A stretch of DNA of 64,000 bases from an uncultured Chloroflexia bacterium (GCA_963732805.1 CAVTAW010000002.1:826801-890800); one strand, 5' to 3'. Positions 1 through 12,982 are shown, counted from the first letter of the stretch. A program made the numbers and translations. The notes: generated by a model not told the origin, from the letters alone.

Positions 1-942
1 TCGATCGCGGCGATCGTCGGCGAGGCCACGACCTGGCGGTTCGTGTTTCTGGGGCTGCTGCCACTGCTCGCGGTCGCGGGCGGTCTTGCCCTGTCGGCGC
101 TACGAGGCATCCCGTCGGCGGTGCCGCCGGAGGAGCACGCGGCCGCCGCGGCGACCGTCAGGCGCCTGCCCAACGCGCTCCTTGCCGCCGTGGGTGCCGG
201 CGTGCTCGTTGCGGCGCTGACCGCCCAGGCCCTCCCGATCGCGATCGCGGGATCCCTGCTCGGGATCGGGCTGCTCGTTCCGGCCGTCCGTCGCCTCACT
301 CCCGCCGGCACGCTGGCAATGGCGCTGGGCGTTCCCGCCGCCGTGCTCCTGCGTGGCGTGATGACCTTCGCGTTCTTCTCGGGCGACGCCTACATCCCGC
401 TGCTGCTCCAGACGTGGCGTGGCACGCCGGCCACCCTCACGGGCATCGTGTTCACGGTGACCACGATCGCCTGGTCAACGGGGACGTGGCTCCAGGCGCG
501 ACGGATCGACCGCGTCGGACCGCACCGCTTCGTGGCCCTTGGCTTCGCCTGCGTTGCCCTCGGGGCCGCGCTCACGATCCCGGCTGTCCTGTCGTGGGTG
601 CCGCCCGAGATCACCGTCGTGACCTGGATCCTGCCGGGGATTGGCATGGGCTTCATGTACTCGGCGGTGACCCTGGTCGTGCTGCGAGGCGTTCCGCCCG
701 CCGGCCAGGGCGCGGCATCGTCGGCCCTGCAGCTGTCGGACATCCTGGGCACCGCGCTGGGCACCGGCGTGGGTGGCGCGATCACGGCTCTCGGAGAGCG
801 CAGCGGAGGGGACGGGCTGGGCTGGGCACTGGCCGCGGTGTATGGGATGTCGGTCGTGATGGCGCTGTTCGGAGTCGTCACGTCAGGCCGGATTCGCACC
901 GGATCGGGCCCTCGGAACGGCCGATCGCCTGCGGTAGACTAG
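1..942 (+). CDS. MFS transporter, 5'-truncated by the window edge
   Basis: Frame 1 is open from base 1 ([18 protein letters not shown]...). Many hydrophobic helices, with MFS-like 'WRFVF' and 'GAASSALQL' segments. Confidence 0.85.
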   Translation, partial: SIAAIVGEATTWRFVFLGLLPLLAVAGGLALSALRGIPSAVPPEEHAAAAATVRRLPNALLAAVGAGVLVAALTAQALPIAIAGSLLGIGLLVPAVRRLTPAGTLAMALGVPAAVLLRGVMTFAFFSGDAYIPLLLQTWRGTPATLTGIVFTVTTIAWSTGTWLQARRIDRVGPHRFVALGFACVALGAALTIPAVLSWVPPEITVVTWILPGIGMGFMYSAVTLVVLRGVPPAGQGAASSALQLSDILGTALGTGVGGAITALGERSGGDGLGWALAAVYGMSVVMALFGVVTSGRIRTGSGPRNGRSPAVD

Positions 943-1018
943 CGGTCCGGCCGTGCCTGCCTCGTCGGTTGATCCGGGCGCCCCCCAGGTGCGCCATCAT
1001 CGGAGGTCCTCGAACCCC

Positions 1019-1540
1019 ATGTCCGCCGAGACGCTTCGCGCGAAGATCCGCGAGATTCCCGACTTCCCGAAGCCCGGCATCCTGTTCTACGACATCACCA
1101 CGGTGCTCAAGGATGCCGCCGCCTACAAGGATGCGATCGACCTCATGCTCGAGCCCTACCGGGAGGAGCCTGTCGACCTTGTCGTCGGCATGGAGTCGCG
1201 TGGCTTCATCTTCTCGGCCCCGATGGCGTACCAGCTGGGAACGGGCTTCGTCCCCGTGCGCAAGCTGGGCAAGCTGCCGGCCGAGACGATCACCGTCGAG
1301 TACGCCCTGGAGTACGGCTCGAACACGCTGGAGATCCACCGCGATGCCATCACGCCGGGCCAGCGGGTGCTGATCGTGGACGACCTGCTCGCCACCGGCG
1401 GCACGGTCCGTGGGACCATCGACCTGGTCGAGCGGCTGAAGGGCGAGGTCGTGGGCCTGGGGTTCCTCGTCGAGCTGGACTTCCTCAAGGGTCGAGAACG
1501 GCTGGAAGGCCGCAAGGTCACCAGCGTCATCCAGTACTGA
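1019..1540 (+). CDS. apt: Adenine phosphoribosyltransferase
   Basis: [34 protein letters not shown] and the PRPP motif [13 protein letters not shown]; GGAGG upstream of ATG 1019. Confidence 0.97.
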   Translation: MSAETLRAKIREIPDFPKPGILFYDITTVLKDAAAYKDAIDLMLEPYREEPVDLVVGMESRGFIFSAPMAYQLGTGFVPVRKLGKLPAETITVEYALEYGSNTLEIHRDAITPGQRVLIVDDLLATGGTVRGTIDLVERLKGEVVGLGFLVELDFLKGRERLEGRKVTSVIQY

Positions 1541-1618
1541 GGTCAATCGTCGTCGGCGCCCGACCGATCCCATCGGCCCACCCAGGACCGGATCGGCTGT
1601 CGTGAGCAACCACCTCCC

Positions 1619-3004
1619 ATGACCGATCCCGTCAAGCCCCCGGACCCGGATCGACGCCGCTTCTTCCGCATGTTCGCGGGCGACGTGATGACGTCGGTCG
1701 GATCCGTGCTGGGTGCGGCGCAGGTGCTCCAGCAGCAGTCGGCCGAGGCCGCCCGCGAGCTGCTCGGCACGGGCCCCGAACCGTCGGGCGTCGAGGGTCC
1801 GGCCCCGCGCGAGCTGCCGGCGGCCGGGGCCGGCTTCCGCGCGCCGTTCCGCTGGGATGGCGACGTGTGCCACGTTGTCGATCAGCGACGACTTCCCGAC
1901 GTGCTCGTGGACCTCGACGTCCGTGGCGCGGCGGATGCGGTCAATGCGATCCGGGACGAGGCGATCGTGGGGGCATCCGCGCAGGCCCAGCTTGCCGCGA
2001 TCACCCTGGCCCTGGTGGCGGCCCGCTCCACGGCCTCGAGGCCCTTCGCGCGGCGGGCGACCATCCGCGGTGCCGCCAACGCGCTCCGCAACACGAGGCC
2101 GGCGTCGGCCGCGATGGCCTCCATCCTCGACCGGATGCTGGCGGTGACCGAAGCGCTTGGCATGCAGGCCGATGGGCAGCAGGTCGCGGACGCCATGCGG
2201 ACCGAGGCCGAGGCGGTCATTCGCGAGGCTGTGGACGCGCATGGGGCGCTGGTGGGGCACGCGCTCGCCGTGCTCCCCGGAGAGGCGGATGCTCCGCGGC
2301 ACGTCCTCACGATCGGGAGCACGGGGCCCATGGCCGGCGGGCAGTTCGGGACCGCCCTGTCCGTGATCACGGCGGTGCACCACTCCGGACGGTCGGTGCA
2401 TGCCCTGGTCGCGGAGACGCGCCCCGGGTTCACGGGCTCGCGGATCGCCGCCTGGGAGCTGCGCGAAGCGGGCGTCCCGTACGCCGTGGTGACCGATGCA
2501 GCCGCAGCAGGCTGCATCGCCGCGGCCGAGGTGGATGTCGTGCTGGTCGGCGCCGATCGGGTGACGGCGAACGGTGATGCGATCGCGGTCTCGGGCACCT
2601 ACGCGCTGGCGATGGCGGCGTCCGCGGCGGGGGTCCCGTTCATGGTGCACACGGCCACGATCGGGATCGACCCGGAGCTGGCCACCGGCGACGACGCCGC
2701 CGTGGAGCAGGGACGGCCGTCGATCGTGCTGTTCGCAGCAGGCTCGCGGATCGCGCCCGAGGGTAGCCAGGTACGGAACCCGGCGCAGGACCTGACGCCG
2801 GCCTCCCTGATCAGCGCCATCGTCACCGAGGAGGGAGTGATCCGTGCGCCGTTCGCGGCCGGGCTCGCGGCGCATGCCGCGGCCGCCGCGGCACGTCGAC
2901 CGGTTCCGCACCCTGTCGAGCCGGTCCCGGCGGCCGAGCCGGTTCCGCGCCCGGTCGAGCCGGCCTCGGCGGCCGAGCCGGTCCCGGTGGAGCGGGAGCC
3001 CTGA
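1619..3004 (+). CDS. MtnA/eIF-2B-family protein with degenerate active site and N- and C-terminal extensions
   Basis: DQRRLP, ETRP, VGADRVTANGD and DLTPASLISAIVTEEG match MtnA, but THCN is TIGS and NKIGT is AVSGT. Confidence 0.85.
   Translation: MTDPVKPPDPDRRRFFRMFAGDVMTSVGSVLGAAQVLQQQSAEAARELLGTGPEPSGVEGPAPRELPAAGAGFRAPFRWDGDVCHVVDQRRLPDVLVDLDVRGAADAVNAIRDEAIVGASAQAQLAAITLALVAARSTASRPFARRATIRGAANALRNTRPASAAMASILDRMLAVTEALGMQADGQQVADAMRTEAEAVIREAVDAHGALVGHALAVLPGEADAPRHVLTIGSTGPMAGGQFGTALSVITAVHHSGRSVHALVAETRPGFTGSRIAAWELREAGVPYAVVTDAAAAGCIAAAEVDVVLVGADRVTANGDAIAVSGTYALAMAASAAGVPFMVHTATIGIDPELATGDDAAVEQGRPSIVLFAAGSRIAPEGSQVRNPAQDLTPASLISAIVTEEGVIRAPFAAGLAAHAAAAAARRPVPHPVEPVPAAEPVPRPVEPASAAEPVPVEREP
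2913..2990 (+). repeat. Imperfect ~36-bp tandem duplication encoding the PVEP..AAEPVP tail
   Basis: Protein tail PHPVEPVPAAEPVPRPVEPASAAEPVPVEREP. Confidence 0.6.
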
Positions 3005-3948
3005 TGGCGACGATCGCGGTCGGCCAGCGGGATGCGGTCGTCGCCCGCCACACGACGGACCGGGCGCTGCTGCGTGCCTATCTCGAGCGCGACCGGTTGT
3101 TCGCCGCCTACGCGATCTGTGATCTCGAGCAGCGCGAGTTCGGCCGCACGAGGTGGGGGATCGCGACGGTCGGCGACGACCTCGTGGCGGTCGGCCTCGA
3201 GTACAGCGGCATCACCCCGCAGCCCTTGTTCCTGATGGGCCGCAACGACGGGGTGGCCGCCATCTTGCGCGACGTGGTCCGGCCGCGAGCCGCCTATCTC
3301 GCCGCCCGGGCCGAGGCCCTGCCCGCCGTGGGTCGCCTGTACCGGGTGGATCCGGGCCCGCCGATGATCCGGATGTGGGTGGACCGCGCCCGCTTCCTGC
3401 CGGCCCCCGCCGCTGTGTCGCGGCTGCTGCCGGTCGAGGTGAGCGAGCTCAACCGGCTGTACCAGCTGGGCTTCGCCGCCTGGCTGCCGTCGAGCGCGAT
3501 CGATGAGGGCGTGTACTTCGGCATCCGGGTCAACGGACGGCTGGTCGCCGCCGCGGGCACGCACGTCATCTCGCGCGAGGCACGCCTGGCCGTGGTCGGC
3601 AATGTCCTCACCCATATCGACTACCGTGGCCGTGGCTATGCCAAGGCGGTGACCTCGGCCGTGACGGCCGAGCTGCTCCGCTACTGTGACCAGGTCGTGC
3701 TCAACGTCCGGTCCGACAACCCCCCTGCGATCCAGGCGTATCTCCGGCTCGGCTACATGGAGCACTGCCGGTTCGAGGAGCGCCTGGTGCGCCGGATCGC
3801 GTCGCCCTGGTCCGACCTCGCCGCTCCGTTCCGCAGGCTGTTCGGCCGGGCGAGCCCGGCGGCGGATGCCTCGACCCAATCGCGCATCGAACAGGCCCAT
3901 CCCATGCCGCCGTCATCCGTGGACGGCCCAACCGAGGAACCCAGATGA
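3004..3948 (+). CDS. GNAT-family (FR47-like) acetyltransferase
   Basis: [16 protein letters not shown] acetyl-CoA motif and [13 protein letters not shown]; TGATG overlap with the upstream gene. Confidence 0.88.
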   Translation: MATIAVGQRDAVVARHTTDRALLRAYLERDRLFAAYAICDLEQREFGRTRWGIATVGDDLVAVGLEYSGITPQPLFLMGRNDGVAAILRDVVRPRAAYLAARAEALPAVGRLYRVDPGPPMIRMWVDRARFLPAPAAVSRLLPVEVSELNRLYQLGFAAWLPSSAIDEGVYFGIRVNGRLVAAAGTHVISREARLAVVGNVLTHIDYRGRGYAKAVTSAVTAELLRYCDQVVLNVRSDNPPAIQAYLRLGYMEHCRFEERLVRRIASPWSDLAAPFRRLFGRASPAADASTQSRIEQAHPMPPSSVDGPTEEPR

Positions 3949-5222
3949 CCGAGCTCGCCACCGACGTGCCCCATGACGTGACCGATCTCTCGCTCGCCGC
4001 GGAAGGCGTTCGGCGCGTCGAGTGGGCCGAGCGCGAGATGCCCGTCCTGCGCCAGATCCGCGAGCGATTCGAGCGCGAGCGGCCGCTGGCCGGACTGAGG
4101 ATCGGGGCGTGCCTGCACGTCACCACCGAGACGGCCAACCTCGCACGGACGCTCAAGGCCGGTGGCGCCGAGGTCCATCTCGCGGCGTCGAACCCGCTGT
4201 CCACGCAGGACTCGACTGCGGCCGCGCTGGTCGCCGAGTACGGCATCGCCACCTACGCTCGGCGGGGCGAGGACAACGACACCTACTACGCGCATCTGCG
4301 CTCGGTAGCCGACACGCACCCCTCGATCACGATGGACGACGGCTGCGACCTGGTCTCGCTGCTCCACAAGGAGCGGCGCAGCCAGCTGCCCGAGGTGCTG
4401 GCCGGCACCGAGGAGACGACGACGGGCGTGATCCGGTTGCGGGCCATGGCCGGCGACGGCGCCCTGGCATTCCCGGTCGTCGCCGTCAACGAGGCGCTGA
4501 CCAAGCACCTGTTCGACAACCGCTACGGGACGGGGCAGTCCACGCTCGACGGAATCCTGCGCGCCACCAACCTGCTGATCGCCGGGCGCAACGTGGTCGT
4601 CGCGGGCTATGGCTGGGTTGGCCGCGGCATCGCCCTGCGCATGGCGGGCCACGGCGCCCACGTGGCGATCGTCGAGGTCGACCCGGTCCGGGCGCTCGAG
4701 GCCCTGATGGACGGCTACCAGGTGATGACCGTGGCCGAGGCGGCCCCCTGGGGCGACCTGTTCGTGACCGCAACCGGCAACATCAACGTGTTCCGACGGG
4801 AGCACTTCGCAGCCATGCGGGACGGCGCGATCATGGCCAACTCCGGGCACTTCGATGCGGAGCTCGACCTGCCGGCCCTGCGCGAGATGGCCGAGGGACA
4901 CGTCCGCGAGGTCCGCGACAACGTCCAGCAGTTCGACATCGGCGGCAAGCGGCTGAACCTCATCGCGGAGGGACGCCTCGTGAACCTGGGGGCCGCAGAG
5001 GGTCATCCGGCGGCGGTGATGGACATGAGCTTCGCCAACCAGGCGCTGTCGGCCGAGTACGTCGCGAAGCACCACGCAGATCTCGAGCCACGGGTGTACG
5101 TCGTCCCGGAGGCGATCGACGCGGAGGTGGCGCGGCTCAAGCTCGCTGCTGTGGGCATCACGCTCGACGCGATGACCCCGGAGCAGCTGGAGTACGTGTC
5201 CTCCTGGCAGCACGGCACCTAG
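3945..5222 (+). CDS. ahcY: Adenosylhomocysteinase (short type without the ~40-aa insert)
   Basis: [53 protein letters not shown]. Confidence 0.97.
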   Translation: MTELATDVPHDVTDLSLAAEGVRRVEWAEREMPVLRQIRERFERERPLAGLRIGACLHVTTETANLARTLKAGGAEVHLAASNPLSTQDSTAAALVAEYGIATYARRGEDNDTYYAHLRSVADTHPSITMDDGCDLVSLLHKERRSQLPEVLAGTEETTTGVIRLRAMAGDGALAFPVVAVNEALTKHLFDNRYGTGQSTLDGILRATNLLIAGRNVVVAGYGWVGRGIALRMAGHGAHVAIVEVDPVRALEALMDGYQVMTVAEAAPWGDLFVTATGNINVFRREHFAAMRDGAIMANSGHFDAELDLPALREMAEGHVREVRDNVQQFDIGGKRLNLIAEGRLVNLGAAEGHPAAVMDMSFANQALSAEYVAKHHADLEPRVYVVPEAIDAEVARLKLAAVGITLDAMTPEQLEYVSSWQHGT

Positions 5223-5225
5223 CCG

Positions 5226-7226
5226 ATGGCGGTGAACCATCACGATCCGGGGGCGCTCGCCCCGATGGTGGCGCCGTACGGCAGCTGGCGCTCATCGATC
5301 GACATCGAGCTCGTGGCGGGTGGTGCCGTCTCCCTGTCCGAGCCCTGGCTCGACGGTGAGGACGTCTACTGGCTCGAGGGCAGGGCGACCGAGGGCGGTC
5401 GGCGGACCCTGCTCCGCCACGGCGCGGATGGCGCCACCCACGAGCTGACGCCGGCACCGTTCCGCGTCGGTGATCGAGTCCACGAGTACGGCGGGGGCTC
5501 GTACACGGTCGATCGAGGACGGATCGTGGTGTCCTCGACGGACGATGGACGGTTGTGGCGGGTCGATCCGTCGGGCGCGACCGGCGCCGATCCCCTGACC
5601 GCCGCCGGGCAGACCCGGTTCGCGGACCTTCGCTTCGACCCGCTTCGTGACCGGCTGTACGCGGTCCGCGAGACGCACGATCCGCGGGATCCGGACCGGC
5701 CGGACCTCGTGGTCAACGAGCTGGTGGCCGTCACGCTCGACGACCCGGACGGGACGGGTCGTCGGCTCGTCACCGGACCCGACTTCGTCGCCTCGCCCCG
5801 GCCCTCGCCCGACGGGCGATGGCTGGCCTGGCTGGAGTGGGATCTCCCGGAGATGCCCTGGGACTCGACGCGGCTCCAGGTGGCGGAGGTGCTCCCCGAC
5901 GGTGATCTCGGCGAGCCGCGGACGGTGGCCGGGGGCCGGGGGATCTCGATCGTCCAGCCCGCCTGGCGCGCGGACGGCTGTCTGCACTACGTGTCGGACC
6001 GGACCGGCTGGTGGAACCTGTATGCCTTCGATGGCCCGGACGGGCTGTCCGGTGCCGCCCGCAACCTGGCGCCGATGGAGGCGGAGCTCGGTGACCCGGC
6101 CTGGGTGTTCGGCCGGTCGTCGTACGGCTTCCTGGGCGACGGCCGCGTGCTGGCCGTGGCCCGGGCGAACGGGCGCGACCGTCTGCTGCTGCTCGACCCA
6201 TCGGGTCGGGCTCACGAGGTGGACACCCCGTTCAGCGAAGTGGAGGGGCTCCAGGTCGGCCGATCCACCATCGTCGCGATCGGCGCCGGGCCACATGATG
6301 CGGCGGTCGTTGCCCGGCTCGACCCGAGGACGGGGGAGATCGCCGGCGTCCTGGCCCGATCGCTGGGCGCGCCGCTGGATCCGGGGCTGCTCCCGCACGC
6401 CGAGCCGATCGCGTTCCCGACCAGTGCCGGCGCGACGGCCCGCGCGCTGTACTTCGCGCCCACCAATGGCGCGTTCCGGGGCCCGGACGGCGAGCGCCCG
6501 CCACTGATCGTGCTGTCTCACGGCGGCCCCACGTCCGCCGCCTCGTCCGCGCTGTCGCTCGACCGGGCGTTCTTCACCTCGCGGGGGATCGCGGTCGTGG
6601 ACGTGGACTACCGGGGATCGACCGGCTATGGGCGGCCCTACCGCGACGCGCTCAACGGCCAGTGGGGGATCGCCGACGTCGATGACTGCGTCGCCGCCGC
6701 CAGGTTCCTCGTCGAGCGCGGATCCGTCGATCCCGCGCGGCTGGCGATCCGGGGCGGCAGCGCCGGTGGCTACACGACCCTCGCGGCCCTCACGTTTCGT
6801 CCGGACGTGTTCGCCGCCGGGATCAGCCACTACGGCATCGCCGACCTCGAGCTCATCCACCTCGACGGCCACAAGTTCGAGTCGCGCTATGACGAGGGAC
6901 TGCTGGCGCCGTGGCCGGCCGGCCGGCAGGTGTTCAGGGACCGCTCCCCGATCCACTTCCTCGACCGGGTGCGCGCACCGATGCTGATCTTCCAGGGCCT
7001 CGACGACAAGGTCGTCCCGCCGTCACAGGCGGATGCCATGGAGGCGGCGTTCACGGAGCGAGGGCTGCCGCACGTGATCCTGCGCTTCGCTGGCGAAGGT
7101 CACGGCTTCCGGCGAGCCGAGACCGAGCGGACGGTCTACGCCATCGAGCTCGCGTTCCTGGGCCGGGTCTTCGGGTTCACGCCGGCCGACGAGATCCCGC
7201 CCCTGGACGTCCCCGGGCTGGGCTGA
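5226..7226 (+). CDS. S9-family (prolyl oligopeptidase-like) serine peptidase
   Basis: APYGSW N-terminus, HGGPT, nucleophile [16 protein letters not shown] and GEGHGF. Confidence 0.93.
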   Translation: MAVNHHDPGALAPMVAPYGSWRSSIDIELVAGGAVSLSEPWLDGEDVYWLEGRATEGGRRTLLRHGADGATHELTPAPFRVGDRVHEYGGGSYTVDRGRIVVSSTDDGRLWRVDPSGATGADPLTAAGQTRFADLRFDPLRDRLYAVRETHDPRDPDRPDLVVNELVAVTLDDPDGTGRRLVTGPDFVASPRPSPDGRWLAWLEWDLPEMPWDSTRLQVAEVLPDGDLGEPRTVAGGRGISIVQPAWRADGCLHYVSDRTGWWNLYAFDGPDGLSGAARNLAPMEAELGDPAWVFGRSSYGFLGDGRVLAVARANGRDRLLLLDPSGRAHEVDTPFSEVEGLQVGRSTIVAIGAGPHDAAVVARLDPRTGEIAGVLARSLGAPLDPGLLPHAEPIAFPTSAGATARALYFAPTNGAFRGPDGERPPLIVLSHGGPTSAASSALSLDRAFFTSRGIAVVDVDYRGSTGYGRPYRDALNGQWGIADVDDCVAAARFLVERGSVDPARLAIRGGSAGGYTTLAALTFRPDVFAAGISHYGIADLELIHLDGHKFESRYDEGLLAPWPAGRQVFRDRSPIHFLDRVRAPMLIFQGLDDKVVPPSQADAMEAAFTERGLPHVILRFAGEGHGFRRAETERTVYAIELAFLGRVFGFTPADEIPPLDVPGLG

Positions 7227-7345
7227 CCCCTGGATCGCCGCGGCGCGCCCGGGCACCGGATCGACGTCCCGGCCAGGGCGATCGGCGGGTCGGATGGTAC
7301 GCTCGCGGTCACCCGCCAACCCTGGCCGCAGAGTCCCGGAGCAGC

Positions 7346-8569
7346 ATGAGCATCGTCGACGCTGATCACTACCTGTTCACATCCGAATCGGTGACCGAGG
7401 GTCACCCGGACAAGATGTGCGACCAGATCTCGGACGCCATCCTCGACGCGATCATCCGCGAGGACCGGGACGCCCGCGTCGCCTGCGAGACCGCCACGAC
7501 CACGGGCCTGGTGCTGGTGCTGGGCGAGATCACCACCTCCACGTACATCGACTTCCAGGCCGTCGTGCGCGACACGGTGCGCGACATCGGCTACACGAAG
7601 GCCGAATACGGGTTCGACTACCTGACCTGCGGGACGCTCGTCTCCGTCAAGGAGCAGTCCACCGACATCGCGATGGGCGTGGACGCGGCGCTGGAGATCC
7701 GGTCGGATGCTGCCCCCGCTCACGAGCTCGGGGCCGGCGACCAGGGGATGATGTTCGGGTTCGCCTGTCGCGAGACACCCGAGCTCATGCCCCTGCCGAT
7801 CGCGCTCGCACATCGCATGGCGCGCCGGCTGACCGAGGTTCGCAAGTCGGGCCAGCTGCCGTACCTGCGGCCCGACGGCAAGACACAGGTCACGGTCGAG
7901 TACGAGCACGGCGTGCCCAGGCGAGTCCGAACGGTGGTGGTGTCCTCGCAGCACGACCCGGACGTCCGGGCGGAGCGGATCAGGAGCGACATCGCGGAGT
8001 ACGTGATCCTGCCCGTGATCCCCGATGAGCTGCGCCCCGTGGACCCCGTGATGCACGTGAACCCGACCGGACGATTCGTGACCGGCGGCCCGATGGGCGA
8101 TGCGGGGCTGACCGGTCGCAAGATCATCGTGGACACCTACGGCGGCATGGCCCGCCACGGCGGCGGCGCGTTCTCCGGCAAGGACCCGACGAAGGTCGAC
8201 CGCTCCGCGGCCTATGCCGCGAGGTGGGTGGCCAAGAACGTGGTCGCCGCCGGGCTCGCCGACCGGTTCGAGCTCGAGATCGCATACGGCATCGGCATCG
8301 CCCGGCCGATTTCCCTGTCGGTCGAGTCGTTCGGGACGGGGCGGATCCCGGATGAGCGGATCCAGCAGATCGTCGAGCGCCATTTCGACCTGCGGCCGGC
8401 GTCGATCATCGACGCGCTGGACCTGCGGCGGCCGATCTACCGCCCAACGGCTGCGTACGGGCACTTCGGGCGCGAGGACCTCGACGCGCCGTGGGAGCGG
8501 ACCGACAAGGCCGCCCTGCTCGCGGCCGAGGCCGGCCTCCCGGAGCCGGAGCTCGCGCCGGCCCCGTAA
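7346..8569 (+). CDS. metK: S-adenosylmethionine synthetase
   Basis: [33 protein letters not shown] and [16 protein letters not shown]; TACGCT -10-like hexamer at 7298-7303. Confidence 0.98.
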   Translation: MSIVDADHYLFTSESVTEGHPDKMCDQISDAILDAIIREDRDARVACETATTTGLVLVLGEITTSTYIDFQAVVRDTVRDIGYTKAEYGFDYLTCGTLVSVKEQSTDIAMGVDAALEIRSDAAPAHELGAGDQGMMFGFACRETPELMPLPIALAHRMARRLTEVRKSGQLPYLRPDGKTQVTVEYEHGVPRRVRTVVVSSQHDPDVRAERIRSDIAEYVILPVIPDELRPVDPVMHVNPTGRFVTGGPMGDAGLTGRKIIVDTYGGMARHGGGAFSGKDPTKVDRSAAYAARWVAKNVVAAGLADRFELEIAYGIGIARPISLSVESFGTGRIPDERIQQIVERHFDLRPASIIDALDLRRPIYRPTAAYGHFGREDLDAPWERTDKAALLAAEAGLPEPELAPAP

Positions 8570-8570
8570 C

Positions 8571-8620
8571 GGGGGGCGGCCCGCCGGAAGCGTGGCGCGA
8601 TCTCGCGTTCGGCTCCCCCC
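8571..8620. terminator. GC-rich stem-loop between convergent metK and potC (possible terminator, no U-tract)
   Basis: GGGGGG ... CCCCCC flanking an internal CGCGATCTCGCG hairpin. Confidence 0.4.
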
Positions 8621-8623
8621 GGG

Positions 8624-9559
8624 CTAGCGCTGCTCGGCGATCATCCCGGCCATGCCGCCGGCCTGACCGCCGCCGCTCCGCCGCGCATTGCGGCTGAGCG
8701 CCCACTGCCCGATCGCGAGCAGGGCCAGCGTGACCACCAGCATCATCGTGGCCACTGCGTTGGTCTCGGGCGAGACCCCGCGTTTGACCTGGCCGAAGAT
8801 GAACAGCGGCAGCGTCGACGAACCGGGCCCGGAGACGAACGACGTGATCACGTAGTCGTCGAAGCTGAACGTGAAGGACAGCAGGAAGCCCGCCACGATG
8901 GCCGGCAGCAGCTGCGGAAACGTGATCTGGCGGAACGTCCGCCAGGGTGACGCGTAGAGGTCGAACGATGCCTCGACGAGCGTCCGATCCATCCCCGACA
9001 GTCGTGCCCGGACCAGCAGCAGCACGATGCTGATGTTGAACAGCATGTGCGCCGCGACGATGGTCGGGATGCCCAGCTGAAGCCTGAGCCCGGTCGAGTC
9101 GTTGATCCAGCCGAAGCTCGAGGCGAACAGGACCAGCGTGGACAGGGCGATCACCACCTCGGGCACGATGATCGAGACGTAGGTCAGCGCGTCGAACACC
9201 AGCCGGACCGGCTTTGCGACGCGCTGCAGCCCGAGCGCGGCCATCGTCCCGAACAGGGTCGCGAGGATGGCGTTGGGCAGCGCGACGAGGAAGCTGTTGC
9301 GCAGGGACCCGGTCACGACATCGTCGTTGAGCGCCACCGAGAACCACTTGATCGAGAAGCCGGTCCAGATGGTCGCCAGCCGGTTCTCGTTGAAGCTGAA
9401 CAGCACGACGACCACGATCGGCAGGTACAGGAACGCGTAGACGATCGTCGTGTGGCCGCGCAGCCAGACCTCGACGAGCGCGTCCCAGCGATCGACCTTC
9501 GGCTTCGGACGGCGCCGGCGCACGGCCGCGCCGGCGACCGGGACGGCGGGCGCGGTCAC
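8624..9559 (-). CDS. potC: Polyamine ABC transporter permease
   Basis: YAFLYLPI..LFSFN, EAA loop EASFDLYAS, FTFSFDD. Confidence 0.9.
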   Translation of the reverse strand: MTAPAVPVAGAAVRRRRPKPKVDRWDALVEVWLRGHTTIVYAFLYLPIVVVVLFSFNENRLATIWTGFSIKWFSVALNDDVVTGSLRNSFLVALPNAILATLFGTMAALGLQRVAKPVRLVFDALTYVSIIVPEVVIALSTLVLFASSFGWINDSTGLRLQLGIPTIVAAHMLFNISIVLLLVRARLSGMDRTLVEASFDLYASPWRTFRQITFPQLLPAIVAGFLLSFTFSFDDYVITSFVSGPGSSTLPLFIFGQVKRGVSPETNAVATMMLVVTLALLAIGQWALSRNARRSGGGQAGGMAGMIAEQR

Positions 9560-9569
9560 GAGGCCCCGC

Positions 9570-10472
9570 TCACAGGACGCTCACGTCGCGACCGTGGCGT
9601 CCGCGGTTGACGAACCAGACGTAGATCGTGACGGTCACCAGCATCACGAGGATCAGGCCGACGGCCATCGCCGACCCGAACGGCCAGTTGCGTGTCTGGA
9701 TGAACGCATCAACCAGGGCGTTGCCCATCAGGAACGTGCGCCCGTAGCCCAGGATCGCCGGGATGACGTACTCGCCCATCATCGGGATGAACACCAGGAT
9801 GCTGCCCGTGATGAGGCCAGGCAGGGCGATCGGGAGGGTGACCTGGCGGAAGGTCGCCCAGCGGGCAGCCCCGAGATCCTTGGACGCCTCGACCAGCGTG
9901 CGGTCCATGCGCTCCAGGGTCACGTACAGCGGGAACACCATCAGGGGCAGGTAGCCGTATACGAGGCCAAGCAGCACCGCCCACGGCGTTCCCAGGATGC
10001 GGAAGTCCGGGTCGCCCACGATCCCGCCGATGAACCCGCCGAGGTTCTCCTTGCCCAGCACGATCAGCCAGGAATAGGTGCGGATCAGGAAGCTGGTCCA
10101 GAACGGGATGACCAGGAGCAGGATCATCAGCCCCTTGCGGCGTCGCGCCCGGGTGGCGATGAAGTAGGCGAGCGGGAGGCCGACCAGCAGGCAGCCGATC
10201 GTGCCCGCGATGGCCATCCACAGCGAGGTGAAGAACGGCTCCAGCCGTTGTGGCTGGGTCAGCAGCCGGATGTAGTTGTCCAGCGTGAAGGCCGGGTCGT
10301 AGCCCCCGTTCTTCGCCCGGACGCCGAAGCTGAAGATCGTGACCATGACCAGCGGCGCGATGAGCAGGACGAGGTACCACAGGCCGGCCGGAAACACGAG
10401 CACGGTCGTCAGGAGGGCCGACGCGCCGCGCCGCCCCTCCGTTCCACGCGCCGCCGGCGTCACCGCCGCCAT
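9570..10472 (-). CDS. potB: Polyamine ABC transporter permease
   Basis: IPFWTSFLIRTYSW, EASKDLGA, NWPFGSA. Confidence 0.92.
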   Translation of the reverse strand: MAAVTPAARGTEGRRGASALLTTVLVFPAGLWYLVLLIAPLVMVTIFSFGVRAKNGGYDPAFTLDNYIRLLTQPQRLEPFFTSLWMAIAGTIGCLLVGLPLAYFIATRARRRKGLMILLLVIPFWTSFLIRTYSWLIVLGKENLGGFIGGIVGDPDFRILGTPWAVLLGLVYGYLPLMVFPLYVTLERMDRTLVEASKDLGAARWATFRQVTLPIALPGLITGSILVFIPMMGEYVIPAILGYGRTFLMGNALVDAFIQTRNWPFGSAMAVGLILVMLVTVTIYVWFVNRGRHGRDVSVL

Positions 10473-10510
10473 CAGCGCCGCTCAGCCATGGGTGCGGATG
10501 CCTGCCGCCG

Positions 10511-11731
10511 TCAGCCGCCGATCGCCGACTTGAACTCCTGCCAGATGTCGATCCGCTGCTGGTTGCCCGACTGGTCGATCGCGCCCTCGAGCTTGGACAT
10601 CACGTCCTCGGGCGGGAAGATCGCCGGGTCGTCGAGCATCTCCTGCGGGATGTACTGCCTGGCCTCGTCGTTGGGTGTCGCGTACCCGTTGTAGATCGTC
10701 TCCTTGGCCTGGACCTCGGGATCCTGGATGAAGTTCAGGAACGCGTAGGCTGCGTTCGGGTTGGGCCCATCCTTGACCTTGACCCAGGTATCGAGCCAGT
10801 AGAGGCTGCCTTCGCTGGGCACGACATAGGTCGTATCGGCCGTGTTCGGATCCGCGCGGAGCGCGACGAGCGGTCCCGTCCAGCCCAGGCAGAGCACGGC
10901 CTCGCCGCTGGCGAGCTTGTCCTGGTACGTGTCCGAGTCGAGCGCGAGGATGTGCGGCGCCAGGTCCATCAGGATCGTGCGCGCCTGGTCGAGATCGGCC
11001 TTCTCGACCGAGTTGAGCGACTTGCCCAGCATCTTGAGCGGCATGATGAACACGTCGCCCATCGAGTCCACGAACACCGTCTTGCCGGAGTACTTGCCGG
11101 TGGTGAGGTCATACAGGTCCTGCCACGACGTGACCGGCTCGGGCACCAGCTTCTTGCGATAGAGGATGCCGGTCGTGCCGAAGTCCTTGGGCAGCTGGTA
11201 CTCGTCGTTGGGGTCCCATGGCTGGCCCTTGAACGCCGCGTCGATGTACTGGGCGTTCGGGATCCGGGACCAGTCCAGCTTGTCGATGTAGCCGCCTTCG
11301 ATGAGGGCCGGCGTGTACTCCGCGGTTGGTGCGGCGATGTCGTAGCCTGACGCGCCCGCCTGGAACTTGGCCAGCAGCTCCTCGTTGTTGGCGAAGGTGT
11401 CGTAGACGAACGTCGTGACCCCGAACTTCTGCTTGAAGGCGTCGATGTTGTCGGGGTTGACGTAGTCCGACCAGTTGTACATGTAGAGCGTGTCCTCGAC
11501 GGGACCCGCCGCGCTGCTCGGGGCAGCGGACGGTGCCATCGACTCGCCGCCGGTGGTCGGGTTCGGTGCTGCCGTCGCGCCCGACGTGGGCGCCGGGGTG
11601 GAGCTCGAGTTCGAGCACGCCGCGAGAGCGGCGCTGCCTCCGAGGAGGCCTGCCGCGGCAAGGAAGCTTCGGCGCGGCACCCGCGCGGCCGCCGAACGGC
11701 GCAGGATCTCGTCAAGGTCTAGATCTGCCAT
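10511..11731 (-). CDS. potD: Polyamine ABC transporter substrate-binding lipoprotein (Tat signal)
   Basis: RRSFL twin-arginine motif plus LAAC lipobox; YNWSDY, PSEGSLYWLD; strong GGAGGAGGAG RBS before ATG 11731. Confidence 0.9.
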   Translation of the reverse strand: MADLDLDEILRRSAAARVPRRSFLAAAGLLGGSAALAACSNSSSTPAPTSGATAAPNPTTGGESMAPSAAPSSAAGPVEDTLYMYNWSDYVNPDNIDAFKQKFGVTTFVYDTFANNEELLAKFQAGASGYDIAAPTAEYTPALIEGGYIDKLDWSRIPNAQYIDAAFKGQPWDPNDEYQLPKDFGTTGILYRKKLVPEPVTSWQDLYDLTTGKYSGKTVFVDSMGDVFIMPLKMLGKSLNSVEKADLDQARTILMDLAPHILALDSDTYQDKLASGEAVLCLGWTGPLVALRADPNTADTTYVVPSEGSLYWLDTWVKVKDGPNPNAAYAFLNFIQDPEVQAKETIYNGYATPNDEARQYIPQEMLDDPAIFPPEDVMSKLEGAIDQSGNQQRIDIWQEFKSAIGG

Positions 11732-11770
11732 CTCTCCTCCTCCTGGACCGGATGCGTCCCCCACGGGCCC

Positions 11771-12982
<1,212 letters not shown>

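Noticed and set aside
7227-7345. SAM/SAH riboswitch upstream of metK
   Set aside because: No recognisable SAM-I, SAM-IV or SAH consensus, and the likely -10 element leaves only a ~35-nt leader.
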